From IMG/VR virus record IMGVR_UViG_3300044693_000261, positions 39,349 through 103,348 of that record: a stretch of DNA of 64,000 bases; one strand, written 5' to 3'. The stretch comes from a virus. Lineage: Duplodnaviria > Caudoviricetes. The translations under genes and the position numbers were made by a program. Below the pieces are notes generated by a model. It did not search any database. It saw only the letters and a list, made by a program, of their open reading frames with translations, and was not told the origin of the DNA. Shown piece after piece: positions 35,697 to 44,150 of this stretch. The first letter of the stretch is position 1. Each line of letters begins with the position of its first letter.

Positions 35697-38600
35697 TCAG
35701 TAGTCGTAACGGCGCGACAGCTCGCGCTCACGGTCGTGACGGCGCAGCGCCTCCAGCACGGCGCGCCCGCTGTCCTCTCCCTGCACGCTGATCGGCGGCC
35801 GCTGCTCGCGCACGCTGCGGGCCAACTCGCGCACGGCCGAGGTCAGCGCGGCGTCGTCGCGACCGGTCACGCTGATCGGCGGCAGGCTCACGCCGTCCAG
35901 CGACGGCAGGTCGGAGTAGCCCGGCATGGACCGGGCGACAGCGGCCGCGACACCGGCGGGAATCGACTTGGCCAGGCCCGGCAGCGCCCGCAGGGTGGCC
36001 AGGTTCGGCACGACGTAGCCGCCGCGCGGGAGGTTGCGCACCTCGGGGCCGTGCTGGCCCACGATGTCGGTGACTCGGCCGTGGCGCACGATCGGCTCGG
36101 GGCCGTGTTCGCCGACGACGGCGAGGCCGCCAGGGGTTTGGCCGCCGTGCCACAGGGTGGGCAGCTTCGGCAGGCTGAACGTCTGGCCGCCGATAACCGG
36201 AATCCAGTCGGGCACGTTGATCGAGGGGATGCCGTTCCATCCATTCGCGATGAAATTCCAGGCACCCTTGACCACACCGATAAGACCATTCCAGGCACCC
36301 TTGACCGCATCGACAACGGTCGTCGCCGCATTCTGGATGCCAGTCCACACGCCGCTGATCGCATCACCGACCGGCCGAAATACATTTCCGAGCCAGCCGG
36401 TGAAGTCGTTCCACTTGTCGGAGATGATTTTCATCATCTCCGACGCCACTTCCTGGATGTACTGCCACTTGGGTGTGATCCAGTCCATGAATCCCTGCCA
36501 GGCACCAGAGAGTAGACCGGTAAGCCAATTCCAGGCGTCACTGATTCCTTGAATCACCGGCTGAATAATCGTCGAATAGAACCAGGTCCAGGCCGCCGAA
36601 ATTCCGTCGATGAATCCCTGCCACACAATCTGCCACACCATGATCGATGCGCTGATGTAATTGCCGATCGCATCGAGCACCGGCGCGATGTAATTGCCGT
36701 AGAAGTAGTTCCAGGCGTCGCCGATAGCGGTAACGGCGGCATTCCAGACCGACTCGACAAACGAAACGGTCGTATTCCAGGCGTTGACGAAAAAGTCGAT
36801 TACCGGCTTAATGCCGTTCGTCCACAGCCAATTCGCTCCGTCCGCGATTCCCTGCCAGGCCAGTTGGGCGACATAGACGATACCGTCCCACATCGCTTTT
36901 AGAATAACCGCAATGACAACAATGATGCCGACGATGATATACACCGCTGTTTGCACGATAAACGAGATCACCGACCAGGCGACGCTGAAAATCGAAATGA
37001 TCAGATTAATCGTTGGCTGGACGCCATTCGTCCAGATGAACATGATCACCGAGACGATGCCGGAAACCACTGTTGAGACAACGCCGTATACGAAGTTAAA
37101 GGCGGTGACGAGCGCTCCGGTCACCGTATCCCAGACGCTGACGATAAACGACACCGACGCGTTGAACGCATCGGAAATCCCCTGCCACACAGCAGCGAAG
37201 AACGCGCCCACATTCTTTGCCGCGTTGACGATCCAGTCGATCGCCACACCGGCCGCCATCATTATCCAATTCCAGGCGGCAACGGCCGCCGTGCTGATCG
37301 CCTCCCAGATGGCGTTCACCAGATTGCGGAACCACTCGCATTTCATGTAGAGCAGCACGAGGCCGGCGATCACTGCGATAATGGCCAGGATGATCAGACC
37401 GATCGGCGTCGTGGCCAATTCGCCCAGCGCGGAGAACGCCGACCCCAGGCCGGCGATCGCGCCCTTGCCGACCGTGCTGGTCAGCGACATGGTCGCCTGA
37501 AACGCCTTCTGTGCCAGGGTCAGGTCCTTCGTGGCGGCGCTGGCTTCCTGCATCCACTTGAATGCCTCGGCACCCTTGCCGACGATTGCCCACACCGGTC
37601 CGAGGGCCTTGAATCCGAGCAGGCCGAGCAGCAGGCTAGAGATCACGAAGTTGGCACCGGGCACGTTCTGCTGGAGCCACACCAACGCGCCGGCCGCGTC
37701 GGCCGCCAGCTTCGCCAGCGACGTGAAGCCGCCGAAATCCGCGCCACTGAACAGCTGGGCAAGGCTGGTGGCCAGGCTGATCAGCGTTGGTCCGAGGCCG
37801 TTCTGACCGGACAGGCTGTCGAGCAAATGGAACAGTGCCGGCAGCAACTGCGAATTAATCTGAGCCAGCAGTGGCGCGACATTCATATTGCCAGCCAGGT
37901 GCGCCAGGTAGTAAGCGACGCTACCGAGTAGCTTGCCCATCTCGTGCAGCGCGGGCAGTGCGTCCTGGAAATACTTCGTGATCCGGGCCTGCCCCTGCGC
38001 CGACTCGGTCCAGGCGCGGAAGCGTTCCGAGAGCAGCACGAACGCGCCACCGAAGTTGTTCACCACGCCGTAGGCGATATGAAAGATGTTGAACAAGCCA
38101 ACCAGGAAGTTCCACAAGGCATGGCCGGCGGCCTCCAGTCCAAGCCACGCCCTCATCAGAATCGCGGTCACCTTGCCCGAGGCGGCCATCATCTGAACCC
38201 ACTGGCCCAGCTTTGTCGCGGTCTCGGCGAAGTGCGCCGCCATCATCTGCGTCACCGGGATGATGGCATTGATCAGCGCCAGCGTCGGAGTGAGCAGCGA
38301 TAGCAGCGCGCCGAGCACGATGCGCACGATTGGCGCGAGCCCGGCGAAAATCGCGTTGAGGTAGGCGATGGTCGACGCCTGCGCCGACCACTTGCCCAGC
38401 TGTGTCGCGCCGTCGCCCAGCTCGCCGGAGATCAGGGCCAGACCCTTGCCGGTGGCGTTGACGAACGGACCGATCGACGACGCCAGGTTGTTCATACCTT
38501 TGACGATGCCACCGTTCGCGACCTCGCCACTGATATCGGTGAACTGCTGCTTGATTCGGCCAAGCGGCGCGGCCAGCTGGGTCGCGGTCAGCTTGAACAC

Positions 38601-39113
38601 CGCCATTGAGGCCGCCGCCGCCAGTGCCATCGGGCCCAGGTTCAGCAGGTTCAGCAGCAGTGGCGCAAGGTGCGCGGCGGCCATTACGCCGCCGGCCGCC
38701 AGCGCCGAGAGGCCGCCGGCGGCGGCGAAGATCCCCGTAGCGATCGAGGCGAACTTGTAGAAGGTCATGAGCTTGCCGAGGCCGCCGGCCGACTTGCCCA
38801 TTTTGTCCATCTTTTTGATGAACTTGTCCAGGTCAGATGACGCTTTGCTAGACTGCTTCCCGGTCTTCTCGGTCTTCTTGCCGACGTCCTCGATCTTCGG
38901 CGACGCCTTCGCCGACGAGTCGCCCACACCGTCGGTGGACTTCTTCGCCTTGTCCATGCCGCTGGCGAACTCCTCGCCACCGGCCTTGCCGGCCGCGCCC
39001 ATCCTCAGCGCCTCGCGCTCGACGGCGGCCAGCCGGCGCTCGATCTCCTCCAGCGTGGCGGAGATGTCATCCCGCATGGTGACGGAGAGCCTGACCTCCT
39101 CGTCTGCGGACAC
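35697..39113 (-). CDS. Tape measure protein
   Basis: About 1140 aa, helical, W/F periodic repeats, VGEHGPE motif; follows chaperones. Confidence 0.92.
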   Translation of the reverse strand: MSADEEVRLSVTMRDDISATLEEIERRLAAVEREALRMGAAGKAGGEEFASGMDKAKKSTDGVGDSSAKASPKIEDVGKKTEKTGKQSSKASSDLDKFIKKMDKMGKSAGGLGKLMTFYKFASIATGIFAAAGGLSALAAGGVMAAAHLAPLLLNLLNLGPMALAAAASMAVFKLTATQLAAPLGRIKQQFTDISGEVANGGIVKGMNNLASSIGPFVNATGKGLALISGELGDGATQLGKWSAQASTIAYLNAIFAGLAPIVRIVLGALLSLLTPTLALINAIIPVTQMMAAHFAETATKLGQWVQMMAASGKVTAILMRAWLGLEAAGHALWNFLVGLFNIFHIAYGVVNNFGGAFVLLSERFRAWTESAQGQARITKYFQDALPALHEMGKLLGSVAYYLAHLAGNMNVAPLLAQINSQLLPALFHLLDSLSGQNGLGPTLISLATSLAQLFSGADFGGFTSLAKLAADAAGALVWLQQNVPGANFVISSLLLGLLGFKALGPVWAIVGKGAEAFKWMQEASAATKDLTLAQKAFQATMSLTSTVGKGAIAGLGSAFSALGELATTPIGLIILAIIAVIAGLVLLYMKCEWFRNLVNAIWEAISTAAVAAWNWIMMAAGVAIDWIVNAAKNVGAFFAAVWQGISDAFNASVSFIVSVWDTVTGALVTAFNFVYGVVSTVVSGIVSVIMFIWTNGVQPTINLIISIFSVAWSVISFIVQTAVYIIVGIIVVIAVILKAMWDGIVYVAQLAWQGIADGANWLWTNGIKPVIDFFVNAWNTTVSFVESVWNAAVTAIGDAWNYFYGNYIAPVLDAIGNYISASIMVWQIVWQGFIDGISAAWTWFYSTIIQPVIQGISDAWNWLTGLLSGAWQGFMDWITPKWQYIQEVASEMMKIISDKWNDFTGWLGNVFRPVGDAISGVWTGIQNAATTVVDAVKGAWNGLIGVVKGAWNFIANGWNGIPSINVPDWIPVIGGQTFSLPKLPTLWHGGQTPGGLAVVGEHGPEPIVRHGRVTDIVGQHGPEVRNLPRGGYVVPNLATLRALPGLAKSIPAGVAAAVARSMPGYSDLPSLDGVSLPPISVTGRDDAALTSAVRELARSVREQRPPISVQGEDSGRAVLEALRRHDRERELSRRYDY

Positions 39114-39195
39114 TCTCACCTCACACACGAGCGGGCCGGGCACGGACTGGGTGATCGTCCCATGTCCGCTGTGCCCGGCCCGCTCGCCACGCTGG

Positions 39196-39414
39196 TCACT
39201 TCTTCTCGGCGGCCTCGCGCTCCTTGGCCGTCACGTACCGGGCCGCCGCCAGTCGGACGATCATCGGCCAGTCGTCGCCGTCGTCCATCAGCAGCGGCAC
39301 GGGATCGATCCGGAACGTCCGCGCCACCACGGCGGCCGCGCGGACGCGAGGATCAGCCATCAGCGCCTCGATCGCGGCCTCGGTCCACTCGGCGCGCGCG
39401 CTCAGTCCAAAGGG
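39196..39414 (-). CDS. Tail assembly chaperone, -1 frameshift extension
   Basis: Coding-like frame PFGLSARAEW...KK entered at the slippery site. Confidence 0.75.
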   Translation of the reverse strand, partial: PFGLSARAEWTEAAIEALMADPRVRAAAVVARTFRIDPVPLLMDDGDDWPMIVRLAAARYVTAKEREAAEKK

Positions 39415-39953
39415 TCTTCGCTGTCCGCCTCGTCGCCGTATCCGGCCTTCTCCAGCAGCTCCTGACCACGGTTGATCAGGTATGCCTCGGAACCCGCCAT
39501 CAGCTTCTTGACCGCGATCAGCTTGTCGGGGGTGCCCAGACTGCCCAGGAACTCCCGGTCGTCGAAGGTCAGCGGGGTGCCCTCGCCGTCGGCGACCACG
39601 ACGTAGGGCTGATCGGTGCCGCGCCGGATCTCCACCCTCTCGCAGGTGTCGGCGAGCGCGCGGGCGTACAGCCGGAACGCGTCCAGCTTGGACAGGTCCG
39701 GGACGCCGCTCTGCCTGCCGCTCTTGGGCGGCAGGGCGGCGCGCTGCCAGCGCTGCAACTCGTTGTTGGGCACGTCGGTGCGGCAGGTGAAGCGGACCAG
39801 GCCCAGCGGGTTCTCGAACACGTACGGCTCGAACTCGACGACCGCGCTGCTGACCTCGCGCAGCAGGTCGAGGGTGGAGAAGCCGGGATCGGCGGCCTGC
39901 TGGTGGTGGTTGCCGGTGTCGCCGGCGGCGCTGTGAACATCGAACGTCGTCAT
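39402..39953 (-). CDS. Tail assembly chaperone
   Basis: Between tube and tape measure; GAGGA RBS. Confidence 0.85.
   Translation of the reverse strand: MTTFDVHSAAGDTGNHHQQAADPGFSTLDLLREVSSAVVEFEPYVFENPLGLVRFTCRTDVPNNELQRWQRAALPPKSGRQSGVPDLSKLDAFRLYARALADTCERVEIRRGTDQPYVVVADGEGTPLTFDDREFLGSLGTPDKLIAVKKLMAGSEAYLINRGQELLEKAGYGDEADSEDPLD
39408..39414 (-). other. Programmed -1 frameshift slippery heptamer C CCT TTG
   Basis: X XXY YYZ pattern just before the chaperone stop codon. Confidence 0.75.
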
Positions 39954-40054
39954 GGTGGTGCATTCCTCTCCGGGTGGTGAAGACCCAGCGGTCCGGGCTG
40001 ACCCCGGCGACCCGGAGAGATCACACCGGAGCCAGCCCGCACCACTGGGGCGCG

Positions 40055-40109
40055 GTTTCCGTTGAATGCAACACACCTTGGATGTTCGGGGGTCACATTC
40101 AACGGAAAC
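40055..40109 (-). terminator. 14-bp inverted repeat after the tail tube gene
   Basis: GTTTCCGTTGAATG / CATTCAACGGAAAC. Confidence 0.6.
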
Positions 40110-40128
40110 AGCGTTTTACTTGAATACG

Positions 40129-40539
40129 TCAGCTGATGCCGCCGACCGCGAAGGTCAGCTCCATCCGCGCCGCGTCGCCCGAGCTCGCGTCGACCTCGGG
40201 CTCCTTGACGCCGATCAGCAGGCAGTTGCTGAACACCCGACCCTTGGCGGCGGCGCGCGTCATGTCGCCGTAGGTCGGCGTGACGGTGACCGACGTCCTG
40301 AACTGGCCCACCATGCCGATCAGCGTGTTGAGCAGGTCCTGATCACGGTCTGGGTCGTAGGGCCGACCGCAGGTCAGGTCGCCGATCTCGGGCGGCGCGG
40401 CGAGCACGTCGGGCACGAGCGAGCCGCCGTCGAACACCTTGTTGGCCGAGGAGGTCTTCTCGCCGCCCGACTTGTTCGCCCAGGTGCCGGTGATTCCCTC
40501 GATCGTGACCAGAAACTGGCGAATGGACGCCTTGGGCAT
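40129..40539 (-). CDS. Tail tube protein
   Basis: 136 aa directly after sheath; SGGE...LT..R...DASS...ELTF. Confidence 0.85.
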   Translation of the reverse strand: MPKASIRQFLVTIEGITGTWANKSGGEKTSSANKVFDGGSLVPDVLAAPPEIGDLTCGRPYDPDRDQDLLNTLIGMVGQFRTSVTVTPTYGDMTRAAAKGRVFSNCLLIGVKEPEVDASSGDAARMELTFAVGGIS

Positions 40540-40555
40540 CTCCGCCCTCCTTTCT

Positions 40556-42013
40556 TCAGAGGCGGGCGGTGACGCCGGCCTTGGTGACCGTCAGGTAGAC
40601 CATCTCGCCCGAGGGGGCGACCCGGATGCCGATCGAGGCGTAGATCGCGTTGGCTGCCTCGGTGGTCCGGTTGTTGTTGGTGGCGTCGGCGACGACCTTG
40701 TAGCCGGGGTCGATCTGCTGCCCCGAGGTGTCGTCGATCCACGCGTAGAGACCGTTGGCGTCGGCCATCGGCGCGAGGATGCCCTCCAGCACGCCGGCCA
40801 ACGCCGCGAGCAGGTGCCCCTTGGGGTCGATGACGCCGAACACGAACTGTTCGGACCGGCTCTCGGCCTCCCAGCTGACGCGGTTGAGCACGTCCGCGCC
40901 GGTGAGCATGCCCCAGTTGACCTGATCGTTGGCGAGGCTGCGCCAGCCGTAGTTCCGTACGCCGGTCGGCGCGCCGATGATGATGTTGACCTTGGACGAG
41001 TTCAGGTCGTCGCTGTCGGACTTCTCGAACACGTCGTCGACGGCCCTGACGTACCTGCTCAGCGCGATGTCGCCGGCCGCAGCCCGCCACGGGCCGACGG
41101 TCTCGTGCGCCCGCGCCCGGACAGCCGCGATGTAGCCGTCCGGCGGGATCGCCCGTGTGCCGCCGAATCCGTCGTCGATGCGCACCCACGGCGCGAACAG
41201 TCCGGCCCGCTTGTCGTCGATCGACGCGGCCAGGCTCGACAGGTCTTCCTTGTCGGAGCCGCGCGCCGTGGACAGGATCGCGATCCGGTTGTAGGCGTCG
41301 GCGTGCGCCATGAGGCCGGCGTGCACACTGTCACCGCCGCCGGGGATCGCGACCGCGCCGTCCCCGAGGTTGCGCTGAAACAGCGCCAGCAGCCCGACCA
41401 TGACGGTGCTGGTGGCGTTGGCGCGGTCATCCGCGCCGGCCGCCAGCGACACCGGGCCGACGACGGCCGGGTTGTTGTTCGGCGCGACGGTGGCGCTGGC
41501 CAGGTCCTGAACCACGATCCATGCCGAGGACGAGGTGCGCTGCACGGCGTCCTGCGGGCTGACCAGGTTCACGTAGGTCTCGACGACCTGCCCCTGGTAA
41601 AGCACCTTCAGGGTGAACGTGTTGGTCACCGAGCCGGCGACGATCTGCACGGCGATGTCCGAGGAGTACGCGCCGGGGCCGGTGGCGTGCACGCTGAGCG
41701 TGGCCACGGGGGTGCTCGCGCGGTCCATCAGCGGCGTCGACAGCGCGCCGGTGGTGGCCGCCGGGCCGACGGCGCGGGCCACGTAGCACCTCGTGCCGCC
41801 TTCCTCGAAGAAGGTCCTTACGTCGTCGTACAGGTTGCCGTAGGTCGGCCGCACCCCGAACTGCTGCTGGAAGTCGGCCAGCGACGACACCATCACGGCG
41901 CGGTCGGTCGGCCCCCGCGACGCCAGCCCGACCACGAAATACGTCGAGGATGGCGCGCGATTGGGGCTGGAGGGACCGGCAACCGCACCGGTGGTCACCT
42001 TCACACCCGGCAT
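40556..42013 (-). CDS. Tail sheath protein
   Basis: MPGV, G.ASRGP, FFEEGG..CYV.R, PPDGYIAA, YGWRSL, FVF. Confidence 0.93.
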   Translation of the reverse strand: MPGVKVTTGAVAGPSSPNRAPSSTYFVVGLASRGPTDRAVMVSSLADFQQQFGVRPTYGNLYDDVRTFFEEGGTRCYVARAVGPAATTGALSTPLMDRASTPVATLSVHATGPGAYSSDIAVQIVAGSVTNTFTLKVLYQGQVVETYVNLVSPQDAVQRTSSSAWIVVQDLASATVAPNNNPAVVGPVSLAAGADDRANATSTVMVGLLALFQRNLGDGAVAIPGGGDSVHAGLMAHADAYNRIAILSTARGSDKEDLSSLAASIDDKRAGLFAPWVRIDDGFGGTRAIPPDGYIAAVRARAHETVGPWRAAAGDIALSRYVRAVDDVFEKSDSDDLNSSKVNIIIGAPTGVRNYGWRSLANDQVNWGMLTGADVLNRVSWEAESRSEQFVFGVIDPKGHLLAALAGVLEGILAPMADANGLYAWIDDTSGQQIDPGYKVVADATNNNRTTEAANAIYASIGIRVAPSGEMVYLTVTKAGVTARL

Positions 42014-42068
42014 GGTCAACTCCTTCGCTTGATCATTCGCACGCCAGCGGGTGCGACCTCGTCGCGGA

Positions 42069-42434
42069 TCATCCCACCTGGTCCGACGGGGACTGGTCAG
42101 ACTCGCCGCCGACGCCCTCGGTCTCGGACTCCTCCTCGGCCGGTGCGTCCTCGGTCGTGGGCTTCTCGGCCTTCGGGGCTTCCGCGCCGGGCGTCCAGGT
42201 GTCGACCAACAGGTAGCCCCTGTTGACCGCCTTCTGTCCGACCCGATCCAGCGGATAGGGCACGGTGACGCGCTCGCCGCCACCGAGGCTGTGCCCCTCG
42301 ACGTCGTAGACCACGCCGCTGGTGCCCGGGTTGACCAGCGTGACGGTGTTGGGCGGCAGCGAGCGCGTCTCATCTCCGGATGCGGTCGCGGTGTCCTTGG
42401 CGTCCTTGGCCGCCGCCTGCCTGCGCTGTGCCAT
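42069..42434 (-). CDS. Hypothetical virion-region protein
   Basis: AAAGG RBS, acidic tail. Confidence 0.75.
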   Translation of the reverse strand: MAQRRQAAAKDAKDTATASGDETRSLPPNTVTLVNPGTSGVVYDVEGHSLGGGERVTVPYPLDRVGQKAVNRGYLLVDTWTPGAEAPKAEKPTTEDAPAEEESETEGVGGESDQSPSDQVG

Positions 42435-42446
42435 TGAAAAGCCTTT

Positions 42447-43094
42447 CTATGGGAGTGGCTGGCCGGGGCCGACGGCACCGGTGGTGACCTGGGTGGTCTG
42501 AGCAGTGCCCAGGGGAGGTCGAGTCGAGCCGTCGGCGGTGCCCTCCTCCATGTTGATCTCGTAAGAGAGCATGCCCGGCGACCACACGCGGTGGCTGCCC
42601 GCGCCACTGCGCTTGTTGGGCCGGTAGGGCTCGCCGTACTCCTCGACGATGGTGACCTCGTGCAGCAGGTAGCCGGTGTCGCCGCCCTCGGTGGTCAGCG
42701 TCGGATACTCCATCAGCGTCAGGCGTGTCGCCGTGCACAGGTTGTCGCGGGCGGCCTTGCTGGCCTCCCAGTCATCACCCTTGGCCCAGACGATGATCTT
42801 GGCCTGATACCGATACTGGTAGACCGGCCTGCCCGCCTCGTCGAGGTCGACGCGCACCGGCGAGCCGACCAGGCGCGGATTCAGCACAAGCACCCAGCTG
42901 TCGCCGCGCGAGTCCAGAGCGTCGTCGGCCGTCTCGCCCGACACGACCATCCCGACGTCGGGCAACTGCTCCTCGTCCAGCCCCCACGCCAGCCGCAGCA
43001 GCCGGGTCTTGTTCGGCAATTCGGCGACCAGCAGCGCCGTCACCGCGTCCCGCAGACCCCGCGCGCCACCGCGCGCCACCACCGGGCCGGTCAC
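42447..43094 (-). CDS. Tail terminator / neck protein (putative)
   Basis: Synteny upstream of sheath. Confidence 0.65.
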   Translation of the reverse strand: MTGPVVARGGARGLRDAVTALLVAELPNKTRLLRLAWGLDEEQLPDVGMVVSGETADDALDSRGDSWVLVLNPRLVGSPVRVDLDEAGRPVYQYRYQAKIIVWAKGDDWEASKAARDNLCTATRLTLMEYPTLTTEGGDTGYLLHEVTIVEEYGEPYRPNKRSGAGSHRVWSPGMLSYEINMEEGTADGSTRPPLGTAQTTQVTTGAVGPGQPLP

Positions 43095-43567
43095 CGGGTC
43101 CTCGCTCGGCCGGTGAGGATCCAGCTGCGCACCGCCAGCTGCGGTGCGCCGGAGGCGAGCACGGCACGGGCGTTGAACAGCTCGCGCTTGGGCATGTACT
43201 TGGTTCCCGACTGGTGGTAGCGGGCGGGCCTGTCCTTCGTACCGGCGGTCACCGACTTCTGGTCCATGCGCTCGATACCCATCGGCCGGTCGGCCAGCGA
43301 GCGCAGCAGGTTGCCTTCGCGCACGAGGGTGTCGCCCTGCCAGCCGTCAGCGCGCTTGCGTCGCAGATAGGTGGGCGACAGCGGAGCCCACGGCGTCCCC
43401 CAGCGCGCGCCCCGAGTACCGAACTGAATACGGTTTTCATGAGCGAACCAATCGAGGAACACCTGCCACGCCGGCAGCCCGTTCTGGGCTCGCGCGCGCA
43501 TGTCCGACAGCGCTCGGCGGGCCTGCGCCACACCCGACACCTTCGCCTCGATGATCATCCGAGCCAC
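43091..43567 (-). CDS. Virion morphogenesis / tail completion protein (Mu gpG-like)
   Basis: WAPLSP.Y...L...G.L.RSL...ARYHQSGT..MPKR. Confidence 0.85.
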   Translation of the reverse strand: MARMIIEAKVSGVAQARRALSDMRARAQNGLPAWQVFLDWFAHENRIQFGTRGARWGTPWAPLSPTYLRRKRADGWQGDTLVREGNLLRSLADRPMGIERMDQKSVTAGTKDRPARYHQSGTKYMPKRELFNARAVLASGAPQLAVRSWILTGRARTR

Positions 43568-43571
43568 GCCG

Positions 43572-44150
43572 TCACCTCGTGATGTTGCGCCACTTGAACC
43601 AGTTCAGCGCCTTCAGCTCCTCGGGCAGCCACTCCTCCTTCAGCGGCGGCAGCGTCGCGCCATCCATGCTGCGCACCGTGACCGTGTCGTCGTGCCGGTT
43701 GAGGAAGATCGCCCCGGCCTTGCGTTTGATGGCCTTGACCAGCGCCGGATGCGGGCCCCAACCGGGGATGTAGGTGATCGCCACCCGGCTGGTGACGTAG
43801 CCGGCGAACGGGTCGAGCGAGTAGCCGACCATCGCCTCCCGAGTGTTCAGACTGAACAGCGCGCGTTCGTCCTCGCGCAGTTCCCATCCGGCCGGCAGCA
43901 CGTTGTCGGTGATCGCGACACCGTCGAGGCTGACCACCTGGTAGATCGGATGCCGCGCCAACACCAGACCGGAGTCGGTGACCGACGCGTTGGGGATCGT
44001 CACCGGCGCGCGCGGCGTGATCGGCGCGCCGAAGTACACCTCCAGGTCGCCTTCGCAGCCCTGAAGGATCTCCTCGGCGTCGGTCCACTGCTCCTCTGTC
44101 CAGGTCGGCGCGGACAGGTGCCGGTTCAGCTGCCCGGTCGTCACGATCAT
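43572..44150 (-). CDS. Head-to-tail adaptor
   Basis: VAITYIPGW motif; synteny. Confidence 0.75.
   Translation of the reverse strand: MIVTTGQLNRHLSAPTWTEEQWTDAEEILQGCEGDLEVYFGAPITPRAPVTIPNASVTDSGLVLARHPIYQVVSLDGVAITDNVLPAGWELREDERALFSLNTREAMVGYSLDPFAGYVTSRVAITYIPGWGPHPALVKAIKRKAGAIFLNRHDDTVTVRSMDGATLPPLKEEWLPEELKALNWFKWRNITR

Noticed and set aside
29205-42013. Contractile injection system or tailocin
   Set aside because: Capsid, prohead protease, neck and replication genes are present, so this is a phage tail
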